A stretch of DNA of 64,000 nt. Source: Paracoccaceae bacterium (GTDB lineage Bacteria > Pseudomonadota > Alphaproteobacteria > Rhodobacterales > Rhodobacteraceae). Position 1 is the first letter of the stretch. Each line of letters opens with the position of its first letter. The notes beneath the pieces were generated by a model. The model searched no databases and was not told the DNA's origin. It saw only the letters and a program-made list of their open reading frames with translations. Below are positions 10,968 through 19,659 of this stretch, one piece after another. Made by a program: the position numbers and the translations under genes. Where the stretch lies: contig JAIOXV010000001.1 of assembly GCA_021741465.1 (NCBI GenBank), positions 5,767-69,766 of the forward strand, read 5' to 3'.

Positions 10968-11756
10968 ATGACATTTACCCTTGCCACCTGGAACATCAAT
11001 TCGGTCCGCCTGCGCGAAGGGCTGGTGGCCAAGCTGATGGCCGCAGAATCCCCGGACGTTCTTTGTTTGCAAGAATGCAAAAGCCCGGTCGAAAAGATCC
11101 CGGTGGAGCAGTTTCAGGCCCTTGGCTATCGCTACATGGTCGCGCGCGGGCAAAAGGGCTACAACGGTGTGGCGATCCTGTCGAAACTGCCAATCAAGGA
11201 TATGGGCGACAAGGACTTCGCCCAATTGGGCCATGCCCGCCATGTGTCGGCACAACTGGAAAATGGCGTCACCATTCACAACTGCTATGTTCCGGCTGGC
11301 GGGGATATTCCAGACCGCGCAGAAAACGAAAAATTCGGCCAGAAGCTGGATTACCTGACCCAGATGCGCGACTATTTCCACCTGGAAACCCCGAGCCGCG
11401 CCATTCTGGTGGGTGATCTGAACATTGCGCCGCGCGAAGATGATGTCTGGGACCACAAGTCACTTTTGAAAATTGTCAGCCACACCCCAATTGAGGTTGA
11501 TCATTTCAATACGGTCATGGAGGCTGGGAAGTGGCAGGATGTGACCCGCGCCGACATTCCCGACGGCAAGCTTTACAGCTGGTGGAGCTATCGCGCAGCC
11601 GATTGGAACGCCGCTAACAAAGGCCGCAGGCTGGACCATATCTGGGCAACGCCCGATATCTGCCGTGCGGGCCATGGCAGCCGCATTCTGCGCGACGTGC
11701 GCGGCTGGCAACAGCCCAGCGATCATGTCCCGGTCTTTGCCAACTTTGACCTTTGA
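10968..11756 (+). CDS. xth: Exodeoxyribonuclease III / AP endonuclease
   Basis: TWNINS, LCLQE, GYNGVA, GDLNIAP, RLDH, SDHVP. Confidence 0.95.
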   Translation: MTFTLATWNINSVRLREGLVAKLMAAESPDVLCLQECKSPVEKIPVEQFQALGYRYMVARGQKGYNGVAILSKLPIKDMGDKDFAQLGHARHVSAQLENGVTIHNCYVPAGGDIPDRAENEKFGQKLDYLTQMRDYFHLETPSRAILVGDLNIAPREDDVWDHKSLLKIVSHTPIEVDHFNTVMEAGKWQDVTRADIPDGKLYSWWSYRAADWNAANKGRRLDHIWATPDICRAGHGSRILRDVRGWQQPSDHVPVFANFDL

Positions 11757-11760
11757 CCGC

Positions 11761-12513
11761 TCAGCGCGGCGGTAACAGGTTCATCTGGCGGGTTTTCTCA
11801 AGATAGCCGGCCATTTCGGCCCAGTTCTCGACGCCGCTTTCCAAAGGCGCGGTGTATTGTTTCACATGGTCAGATGCCAAAAGCGCACCGTCCCCCGTTG
11901 ACCCCAGAAACCCCATCAGGGCTTTGCGCGCGGCCAGATCGTTCACCCGATCATAGTCCAGCAGATGAACGACGTCGGGGCCAAGCTTTTCCAAGGCTTT
12001 TTGGGCGTCCTCGGTCAGGCGACGATGTGCCCCCATGGATTGTTCGAACCGATCAGCGCTGAAACGGATAGGCCGCTTCAAATCCAGCCCTGCGTCTTTG
12101 TTCTTTTCGGTGACAACAAAAACCCCGGTCAGATCGGCCCGCTCCATGGAAATGTAACGTTCGATCGGATTGCGAAACAAAAAGACCTTCCGCCATCCTT
12201 TGGAATTGGTGATCTGCTGAAAGATTTTAACCCGCGCCAGATTGAACCGGAAATCCTTGAAGCCAAAAATCAATTCGTCCGCGTCCGTCTTTTTGCGCAG
12301 GCGGTTCAAGACGGCCATTCCCATTTCATCGCGCTTTTGGGTGTCTTTCTTGCCAAGCCCCACAAAGGCAAGCTCATCAGGCGGCAGCTCCACTTCGCTG
12401 CCCTTGAAGATCTCGCCATAGCAGCGGATGTCGGGCGAAGAATCCAGCAAGGCACGCAAGTGGTACGACCCGCTGCGTGGCAGGGTAATGATCACGAAAG
12501 GGGGTTTGCTCAT
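11761..12513 (-). CDS. Putative sulfotransferase (Stf0/NodH-like)
   Basis: PAPS 5'-phosphosulfate motif LPRSGSYHL..LL, CYGEIF, GFK, LFRNPIERYIS (3'-phosphate motif). Confidence 0.7.
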   Translation of the reverse strand: MSKPPFVIITLPRSGSYHLRALLDSSPDIRCYGEIFKGSEVELPPDELAFVGLGKKDTQKRDEMGMAVLNRLRKKTDADELIFGFKDFRFNLARVKIFQQITNSKGWRKVFLFRNPIERYISMERADLTGVFVVTEKNKDAGLDLKRPIRFSADRFEQSMGAHRRLTEDAQKALEKLGPDVVHLLDYDRVNDLAARKALMGFLGSTGDGALLASDHVKQYTAPLESGVENWAEMAGYLEKTRQMNLLPPR

Positions 12514-12628
12514 ACCAATCTGAAACCTGTAACTGCCCGTTTTGGCGCAGCATATAGGAAGCGTCTGGCGCTGTCACCTTGGCGCAGGCCGACCGGCATG
12601 GCCTGCCCTGACTTTGCTTGGCGGGAAT

Positions 12629-12643
12629 GTTCTGCTATTGTTC
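12629..12643 (+). promoter_or_regulatory. Alphaproteobacterial LexA (SOS) box
   Basis: Exact GTTC-N7-GTTC (GTTCTGCTATTGTTC) 36 nt upstream of the SRAP start codon. Confidence 0.85.
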
Positions 12644-12679
12644 TTATCGATTCTGCTGCAAACTCCGCAAAGGCCACCC

Positions 12680-13336
12680 ATGTGCAACCTTTACTCGCAA
12701 ACCAAAAGTCAGGACGCCATGCGCCATGTCTTTGACGTGGTCGAGGATGACACAGGCAATCTGCCCCCGATGCCGGGGATTTTTCCCGATTACAACGCGC
12801 CGATCATCACTGCGGGGCCCGTGGGCCGGCGGCTAAGGCTTGCCCGCTGGGGCATGCCCACACCGCCGCAGTTTCTGGATGGAAAACGCACCGATCCGGG
12901 CGTGACAAACATTCGAAACACCGCCTCGCCACATTGGCGGCGCTGGCTGGGGGTGCAGCATCGTTGCCTTGTGCCTTTCACCAGCTTTTCCGAAATCGAC
13001 ACCCGGCCAGACGCCCCGCGCAATCACCCCATATGGTTCGCCCTTGGCCCAGACCGCCCGCAAGCCTGCTTTGCCGGGCTGTGGACGGAATGGACTTCAG
13101 TTCGCAAGCTGAAAGAAGGCGAGGTGACGGTGCCGTGTTTCGCTTTCCTGACCTGCACACCGAACCGCGAAGTGGAACGCATCCACCCCAAGGCGATGCC
13201 GGTTATCCTGACCCGGCCCGAAGAGTGGGCACTTTGGCTCAATGCCCCCACGCCCCGCGCACTGCAGATGCAGCGCCCCTTGCCGGACGGCGAATTGGAT
13301 GTTGTGGCCGAAGGGGCGCATGACGATGCGGCTTGA
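12680..13336 (+). CDS. SOS response-associated peptidase family protein (SRAP; YedK/HMCES family)
   Basis: N-terminal MCNLY (Cys2), RWG, TNIRN, RCLVP..SFSE, FAGLW, IHPKAMPVIL. Confidence 0.93.
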   Translation: MCNLYSQTKSQDAMRHVFDVVEDDTGNLPPMPGIFPDYNAPIITAGPVGRRLRLARWGMPTPPQFLDGKRTDPGVTNIRNTASPHWRRWLGVQHRCLVPFTSFSEIDTRPDAPRNHPIWFALGPDRPQACFAGLWTEWTSVRKLKEGEVTVPCFAFLTCTPNREVERIHPKAMPVILTRPEEWALWLNAPTPRALQMQRPLPDGELDVVAEGAHDDAA

Positions 13337-13928
13337 CCTTAAGCCAAGGCCGCAGACCAGCCCTGACGATCCCCTTGGCCTGCGTCCGCGCCGCGTGCAT
13401 GAGGCCGAAGGCCTTGGCCGTCGGGCCTTTGCGCTGTTTCAGGCCACACGCCATCCCGGCCCACTGGTGTGGATCTTGCCCGCGCACAGCCCGGCACGTC
13501 CCCTGCCCGCAGGCCTGCCAGATGGTGTGAGTGAGCGGTTGCTTTTGCTGACGCCACAATCGGAAACCGATCTGCTCTGGGCGGTTGAAGAATGCCTGCG
13601 CGCAGCACCCGTGGGCTTTGTCATTGCAGAACCTGAAAAACCGTTGTCGCTGACCGCAGGCCGCCGCCTGCAACTTGCCGCCGAGGCAGGGCGAACCCCC
13701 GGGCTTTTGCTGATCCGGCAGGATGCAGGGTCCAACGCCACCGAAACCCGCTGGGCGTGCAAGGCCGTTGCAGGGCATCAGGACTCGACTCTGCATCAAT
13801 GGTCCCGTATTAAGAACAAAACAGGAACTCTTGGAACTTGGACTGTAAACTGGCATGGCGCGTCGGCTGCTTTCGATATGGTTTCCACGGCTGCCGAGCG
13901 ACATCAGCCTGCGGACCCGCCCGGTTGA
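13320..13928 (+). CDS. imuA: ImuA-like protein
   Basis: RVHEAEG, LLWAVEECLR, AGRRLQLAAE, ATETRW; between SRAP and imuB. Start is 13320 or 13326. Confidence 0.85.
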   Translation: MTMRLDLKPRPQTSPDDPLGLRPRRVHEAEGLGRRAFALFQATRHPGPLVWILPAHSPARPLPAGLPDGVSERLLLLTPQSETDLLWAVEECLRAAPVGFVIAEPEKPLSLTAGRRLQLAAEAGRTPGLLLIRQDAGSNATETRWACKAVAGHQDSTLHQWSRIKNKTGTLGTWTVNWHGASAAFDMVSTAAERHQPADPPG

Positions 13929-15339
13929 AGGGCCCTTTGCGCTGACCTTGCGGTCAGGCAACTGCGATCATCTGCATTGCCTGAATCTCGCGGCACAGGG
14001 GCTGGGTCTGCATCGCGGCATGGCCTTGGCCGATGCGCGTGCAATCTGCCCCGATCTGTCCACCCGCCCCGCAGATCTGGCGGCTGAAGCCACCGCTCTA
14101 GCCAGCTTGCGCCGCTGGGTTGGGCGCTATGCCCCAATGGTGGCGCGGGACGGGGCGGATGGGCTGATGGCCGATATTTCCGGCGTGCCGCATCTTTTTG
14201 GCGGCGAACAGGACTTGCGCGAGGATCTTCAGGCACGGCTGGAACGTGCCGGTCTGGCGGCCACCAGCGCAATCGCCGGCACTCGGGGGGCGGCACATGC
14301 GCTGGCCCGCCATGGCGGCGGTGTCGTGGGCGAGGGGCGGCTGGCCGAAGGCATTGGGCACCTGCCGGTGACCGCGTTGCGGATCGACCAGAAAACCGCC
14401 GAGGCACTGGCGCGGCTGGGTCTGTCGCGGGTTGCCGACCTGATCCAGATGCCCCGCGCCCCTTTGGCCCGGCGGTTTGGCCCGGGGCTGGTGCTGCGAC
14501 TTGAACAGGCCTTGGGTGCGCAGGCCGAACCCGTTGCCGCAGAAGCCGACCCCCCGCATTTTGGGGTGCGGATGACGCTGCCCGAGCCCATCGGCAAGCA
14601 AGAAGATGTCATGGCCGGCCTTGCCCGCCTGCTGGAACGGCTGTGCGCCAAACTGGCGCTACACCACATGGGCGCGCGGCGGCTGCGTCTGGATCTGCGG
14701 CGGGTTGACCGGGCGATGGCACAGGTCGAAATCGGCCTTGCCCGCCCGATGCGCGATGCAGCCCGAATCGCAGCCTTGTTCGCAAAAGGCGTCGACGAAG
14801 TGGATGCGGGCTTTGGCATCGACGCCCTGCGGCTTAGCGCGCCGGTGGTGGAACATCTGGCCCCCGAACAGATCGGCGGCGGCCATGCCGTGCAAAGTGA
14901 TGATGCGCTGGCTGACCTGATCTCGCGGCTTGGCAACCGGATCGGCTTTGATAGGGCCCTGCGCCTGTTGCCTGCCGAAAGCCTGATCCCCGAACGCAGC
15001 TTTCTGCTGGTTCCCGCCGCCTATGCTCCCCCCGCAGCAGCCCGACAACCAGCACCTCCCAAACGCATGCCACCGCGCCCGATCGCCCTGTTCCCCCCTG
15101 AGCCGATCACCGCTGCCTCGGGGCACCCGCCTGCACGGTTTCAGTGGCGGCGGATGTCTTTCACCACCCTGCGCGCCAGTGGGCCAGAACGCATCGCCGC
15201 AGAATGGTGGTTCGATGATCCCATGTGGCGCACGGGCCTGCGCGACTATTGGCGGCTGGAAACCCGGGAAGGCCCGCGGCTGTGGCTTTTTCACACACCG
15301 CAATCCCCCGATTGGTATGCCCAAGGGGAATTTGCATGA
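13855..15339 (+). CDS. imuB: ImuB, Y-family polymerase-like protein
   Basis: GL..GMALADARA, GPERIAAEWW, RDYW; overlaps imuA and dnaE2. Confidence 0.9.
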   Translation: MARRLLSIWFPRLPSDISLRTRPVEGPFALTLRSGNCDHLHCLNLAAQGLGLHRGMALADARAICPDLSTRPADLAAEATALASLRRWVGRYAPMVARDGADGLMADISGVPHLFGGEQDLREDLQARLERAGLAATSAIAGTRGAAHALARHGGGVVGEGRLAEGIGHLPVTALRIDQKTAEALARLGLSRVADLIQMPRAPLARRFGPGLVLRLEQALGAQAEPVAAEADPPHFGVRMTLPEPIGKQEDVMAGLARLLERLCAKLALHHMGARRLRLDLRRVDRAMAQVEIGLARPMRDAARIAALFAKGVDEVDAGFGIDALRLSAPVVEHLAPEQIGGGHAVQSDDALADLISRLGNRIGFDRALRLLPAESLIPERSFLLVPAAYAPPAAARQPAPPKRMPPRPIALFPPEPITAASGHPPARFQWRRMSFTTLRASGPERIAAEWWFDDPMWRTGLRDYWRLETREGPRLWLFHTPQSPDWYAQGEFA

Positions 15340-18300
15340 CCCCCGGCCTTCCTGTTGGCCCGCAGGATGTGGGACGGGCGCGTCAGCGCCACAATGCAGG
15401 CAATGCTCCCGCATATGCCGAACTCTGCGTCACGTCGAATTTCACCTTCCTGACCGGGGCCTCACATCCCGAAGAACTGGTCACCCGCGCCGCCGAACTG
15501 GGGCTGGAAGCCATCGCCATAACCGATCGTAACAGTCTTGCGGGGGTGGTTCGGGGCTTTTCGGCGCTGAAGGAATTGGCACGCCTTGCCGCCGAAACCG
15601 CACCCAGCCATGGCGCGCCCATTCGCGGCCAAGCCCGCAGTGACCCATCCAGCCGTCTGGCCATGACGCCACAAACCCCCGCCCCAACCATTGCCACTCT
15701 GCCCCGGCTGATCGTCGGCGCGCGGCTTGTGCTGACCGACAGCGCCATCGAATGGGTTGCCTTGCCCACAGATCTGGCCGCCTATTCCCGGCTTTCGCGC
15801 CTGCTCTCCTTGGGCAAGCGCCGCGCGCCTAAGGGGCAATGCCATCTGACGCGCGGCGATCTTCTGGAATGGGGCAAGGGGATGATCCTGATTGCCCTGC
15901 CCCCCGATCCGCTGGGGGCTTTGGACGCACAGCCAGACATTCGCCCCTTTGCCCGCGCCTTTCCCGGCAACTGTTTTATTGGCGCCGCCCCGCATTATGA
16001 CGGACAGGATCAGCACCGGTTGGACCGGCTGGCACAGCTTTGTCAGGTGACAGGCCTGCCAATGGTGGCAGTCGGTGATGTGCTGATGCACCGCGCCGCC
16101 CGCCGCCCCTTGGCCGATATTCTGACCTGCCTGCGGCTTGGGATCACCATTGATGCCATCGGTATCCATCGCCTGCCCAATGGCGAACGCCGCCTGAAAT
16201 CGGGGGGCGAGATGGCGCGACTGTTCCACCGCTACCCCGCCGCACTGGGCCGAACTGTGGAAATCGCCACCCGCTGCGCCTTTTCGCTGGAGGAGTTGCG
16301 CTATCAATATCCTGACGAGGCGGAAAATGGCGAGCCCGCGCAAGACAGGTTGGAACGGCTAGCGCGCGAGGGCTTGCAATGGCGCTATCCCGAAGGCCCG
16401 CCGCCAAAGATTGTGCATCGGGTGGAAAAGGAACTGACCCTGATCCGCGAGGTCGCCTATGCGCCCTATTTCCTGACCGTCCATGACATCGTGCAATTCG
16501 CCCGCGCGCGCGGGATCTTGTGCCAAGGCCGCGGATCGGCAGCCAATTCCGTGGTCTGCTATCTTCTGGGGATTACCGAGGTGCCCCCGGAATCGATCAC
16601 CCTGATCTTTGAACGCTTCATTTCCAAAGAACGCGGCGAGCCGCCCGATATTGATGTCGATTTCGAACATGAGCGGCGGGAAGAGGTGATCCAGTGGATC
16701 TATGCCCGCTATGGCCGCGAAAGGGCAGGGCTGACGGCGGTGGTGATTCATTTTCGCAGTCGCGCCGCCATCCGCGAGGTGGGCAAGGCGATGGGGCTTT
16801 CGCAAGATGTGATTGCCCGTCTGGCGGGGCAGATCTGGGGGTGGTCCTCCTCTGCCCCGTCAGATGACCGGGTGCGCGATGCCGGGCTTGACCCGCGCGA
16901 CCGCCGGGTGACGCTGGCGCTGCAATTGATCGCCGAGATCATCGGATTTCCCCGCCACCTTTCCCAACATGTCGGCGGTTTCGTCATCACCCAAGGTCGG
17001 CTGGACGAACTTTGCCCAATTGAAAACGCCGCGATGGAGGATCGCACCATCATCGAATGGGACAAGGATGATATCGATGCGCTTGGCCTTCTGAAGGTGG
17101 ACATTCTGGCCTTGGGGATGCTGACCTGCATCCGCAAGGCGTTTGATCTGCTGGCCCAGCATCGCGGCCTTGGCCTAAGCTTGGCAAATATCCCGGCAGA
17201 AGACCCCAAGGTCTATGACATGCTGTGCCGGGCCGATGCGATCGGGGTGTTTCAGGTGGAAAGCCGGGCGCAGTTGAACTTCCTGCCCCGCATGCGGCCC
17301 CGCCAATTCTACGATCTGGTCTGCGAGGTCGCCATCGTGCGCCCCGGCCCCATTCAGGGCGGTATGGTGCACCCGTTCATCAACCGCCGTCAGGGCCGCG
17401 AACCGGTAGAAGATCTTGGCCCTGCGATGATGGAGGTTCTGGGCCGCACCTATGGCGTCCCGCTTTTTCAGGAACAGGCGATGCAGATCGCGGTGGTGGC
17501 GGCCGGGTTCACGCCCGCCGAAGCCGGCCGTCTGCGACGGTCTTTGGCCACGTTCAAACGCATGGGCACCATCGGCGGCTTTCGTGACCGCTTCATCTCG
17601 GGAATGCTGGCGCGCGGCTATGAGGCCGATTTCGCCACCCGCTGCTTTGCCCAGATTGAAGGGTTTGGCAGCTATGGCTTCCCCGAAAGCCATGCGGCCA
17701 GCTTTGCCCGGCTGGTCTATATCTCGGCGTGGCTGAAACGCCATCATCAGGCCGCTTTTACCTGTGCGCTTCTGAATGCCCAACCGATGGGCTTTTACGC
17801 CCCCGCCCAACTGGTGCGCGACGCACGCGAGCGCGGCGTCGAGGTGCGTCCGGTCTCGGTCGATCAGTCGCATTGGGATTGCACGCTTGAGTCCCGCCCC
17901 GATGGCGCATTGGCCCTGCGCTTGGGCTTTCGTCAGATCAAAGGCATGCGCGAGGAAGACGCGCTTTGGATCGTGGCCGCCCGCGGCAATGGCTATCCCG
18001 ATGTCGAAAGTCTCTGGCGGCGTGCCGGGGTAGGGCCGGATGTGCTGGAACGGCTTGCCGAGGCGGATGCCTTCACCGCCCTTGGCCTGAACCGGCGCGA
18101 GGCACTATGGGCCGCCAAGGCTCTGGCCGGCCCCGCGCCGCTTCCGTTGTTTGGCGCAGATGGCGAAGGTGGGCAGGAACCTGCCGTCACCCTGCCCGCA
18201 ATGACCTTTGGTCAAGAGGTGATTGAAGACTACCTTGCCCTGCGCCTGTCCCTGCGTGCCCACCCGATGGAGCTTTTGCGCCCGCGTCTGCCGGGGATCA

Positions 18301-18707
18301 CCCCACATGCCGCACTGGCCACGGCCAAGGGGCGGCTGGCCGTGGCAGGGCTGGTGATCACCCGCCAACGCCCCGGCACAGCATCCGGCGTGATCTTCCT
18401 GACGTTGGAAGATGAAACCGGGGTGTCCAACGTGGTGGTCTGGTCGCGCGTTTATGAAACCTTTCGCCGCGCCGTGATCGCGGGCCGTCTTCTGCGCGTC
18501 ACAGGCCGGGTTGAACGCGATGGCCCGGTGGTGCATCTGATTGCCGAACAGATCGAGGATATCTCGGGCCAGCTTGCCACCCTTGGCCATAAAACCCCCG
18601 CTGATGTCACCGAGCAAAGCCGCCACGCGCCGCCACCCCCACCCCCGCGCAAGTTCCATCCCCGCGAACAGGCCAAAGTCCTTTTCCCCAGCCGCGACTT
18701 TCATTGA
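15336..18707 (+). CDS. dnaE2: Error-prone DNA polymerase DnaE2 (ImuC)
   Basis: SNFTFL.GASHPEEL, GRGSAANS, PPDIDVDFEH, YGFPESHA and the C-terminal SRDFH signature; ATGA overlap with the imuB stop. Confidence 0.96.
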   Translation: MTPGLPVGPQDVGRARQRHNAGNAPAYAELCVTSNFTFLTGASHPEELVTRAAELGLEAIAITDRNSLAGVVRGFSALKELARLAAETAPSHGAPIRGQARSDPSSRLAMTPQTPAPTIATLPRLIVGARLVLTDSAIEWVALPTDLAAYSRLSRLLSLGKRRAPKGQCHLTRGDLLEWGKGMILIALPPDPLGALDAQPDIRPFARAFPGNCFIGAAPHYDGQDQHRLDRLAQLCQVTGLPMVAVGDVLMHRAARRPLADILTCLRLGITIDAIGIHRLPNGERRLKSGGEMARLFHRYPAALGRTVEIATRCAFSLEELRYQYPDEAENGEPAQDRLERLAREGLQWRYPEGPPPKIVHRVEKELTLIREVAYAPYFLTVHDIVQFARARGILCQGRGSAANSVVCYLLGITEVPPESITLIFERFISKERGEPPDIDVDFEHERREEVIQWIYARYGRERAGLTAVVIHFRSRAAIREVGKAMGLSQDVIARLAGQIWGWSSSAPSDDRVRDAGLDPRDRRVTLALQLIAEIIGFPRHLSQHVGGFVITQGRLDELCPIENAAMEDRTIIEWDKDDIDALGLLKVDILALGMLTCIRKAFDLLAQHRGLGLSLANIPAEDPKVYDMLCRADAIGVFQVESRAQLNFLPRMRPRQFYDLVCEVAIVRPGPIQGGMVHPFINRRQGREPVEDLGPAMMEVLGRTYGVPLFQEQAMQIAVVAAGFTPAEAGRLRRSLATFKRMGTIGGFRDRFISGMLARGYEADFATRCFAQIEGFGSYGFPESHAASFARLVYISAWLKRHHQAAFTCALLNAQPMGFYAPAQLVRDARERGVEVRPVSVDQSHWDCTLESRPDGALALRLGFRQIKGMREEDALWIVAARGNGYPDVESLWRRAGVGPDVLERLAEADAFTALGLNRREALWAAKALAGPAPLPLFGADGEGGQEPAVTLPAMTFGQEVIEDYLALRLSLRAHPMELLRPRLPGITPHAALATAKGRLAVAGLVITRQRPGTASGVIFLTLEDETGVSNVVVWSRVYETFRRAVIAGRLLRVTGRVERDGPVVHLIAEQIEDISGQLATLGHKTPADVTEQSRHAPPPPPPRKFHPREQAKVLFPSRDFH

Positions 18708-18794
18708 TCTGACGCAGCCCGTTACAAGGCCGGGGCGGGGTGGCGCCGAAGGATTGAACCTTTGATCCCTGGCCCCTTCGACTGCACCTTATCC

Positions 18795-18829
18795 TGTGGG
18801 GTTCTGTTGCAATGCGTGGCTTTTTGTCG
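18795..18829 (+). promoter_or_regulatory. Four phased pentamers (putative DeoR-family operator)
   Basis: TGTGG, TGTTG, CGTGG and TGTCG at 18795, 18805, 18815 and 18825 (exact 10-bp period), just upstream of the deoR start. Confidence 0.55.
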
Positions 18830-18842
18830 GATAAACTTCGCA

Positions 18843-19598
18843 ATGACAAAATACGCCTATCAGATCGAAAATGCTGTGGCCCTTCGGGGTTCAATTTCTG
18901 TTGGAGAGCTTTCGGAACTCCTTGGCGTTTCAGATCAGACCATTCGGCGGGTCATAAAGCCGCTGGTTGATGAAGGAAAAGTCCGCAAAGTTCATGGCGC
19001 GATCGTAAGCGTCGAGCGGCCCGTCGACGCCCCCTTCCATTCACGCATGCAGCTGATGCGGGCGGAAAAGACCGCCATCGCCACCCATGTCGCCGCCATG
19101 ATTCAAGATGGCGAGGCGCTTGCCATCGACACCGGTTCTACATCGGGCTTCATCGCCCAAGCGCTGCAGATCCGTCGCAATCTTATCGTGGTGACAAACT
19201 CCACATTTGTGGCCTCAACCCTGTCCACGGTTCCCGGCAACAAGGTCTATATGGCCGGAAGCGAACTGCGCGATCATGATGGCGCTGCCTTTGATCGCAA
19301 AGCGTTCCAGACGATCGAGCGGATGCGTGTGAACCGCTGCATCCTGTCGGCTTCGGCAGTCGATGCGACAAGGGGATTTCTGGCCTATGAACAATGTGAA
19401 GCCGATATCGCCGAAGCCATGCAAAGCATTGCCGATGAAACGATCCTGGCGATTGACCATTCCAAGTTCAGCGCCCCTTCCAGGCGGCCTTTGGCGTTTC
19501 AACTGCAATTGCCGAACCAATCCATCGTCGTGACCGACCGCCAGCCAAGCGAAGATTTTGCTGAAATACTTGCCCGTAATCGCGTCGAAATCGCCTGA
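18843..19598 (+). CDS. DeoR/GlpR-family transcriptional regulator
   Basis: HTH SVGELSELLGVSDQTIRR, KVHGA, EK.AIA, IDTGST, VVTNS, DHSKF. Confidence 0.92.
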   Translation: MTKYAYQIENAVALRGSISVGELSELLGVSDQTIRRVIKPLVDEGKVRKVHGAIVSVERPVDAPFHSRMQLMRAEKTAIATHVAAMIQDGEALAIDTGSTSGFIAQALQIRRNLIVVTNSTFVASTLSTVPGNKVYMAGSELRDHDGAAFDRKAFQTIERMRVNRCILSASAVDATRGFLAYEQCEADIAEAMQSIADETILAIDHSKFSAPSRRPLAFQLQLPNQSIVVTDRQPSEDFAEILARNRVEIA

Positions 19599-19617
19599 CG
19601 AGCCTGCAAAATAAGAG

Positions 19618-19639
19618 GCGCCGCCCCAAAGGGCGGCGC
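19618..19639. terminator. Hairpin between convergent genes
   Basis: GCGCCGCCC-CAAA-GGGCGGCGC, a 9-bp perfect stem. Confidence 0.6.
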
Positions 19640-19659
19640 GTATCATGTTCGCATCTGGC

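Noticed and set aside
10625-11080. ORFs across the response regulator-xth spacer
   Set aside because: No motifs; the region is better explained by structured RNAs and terminators.
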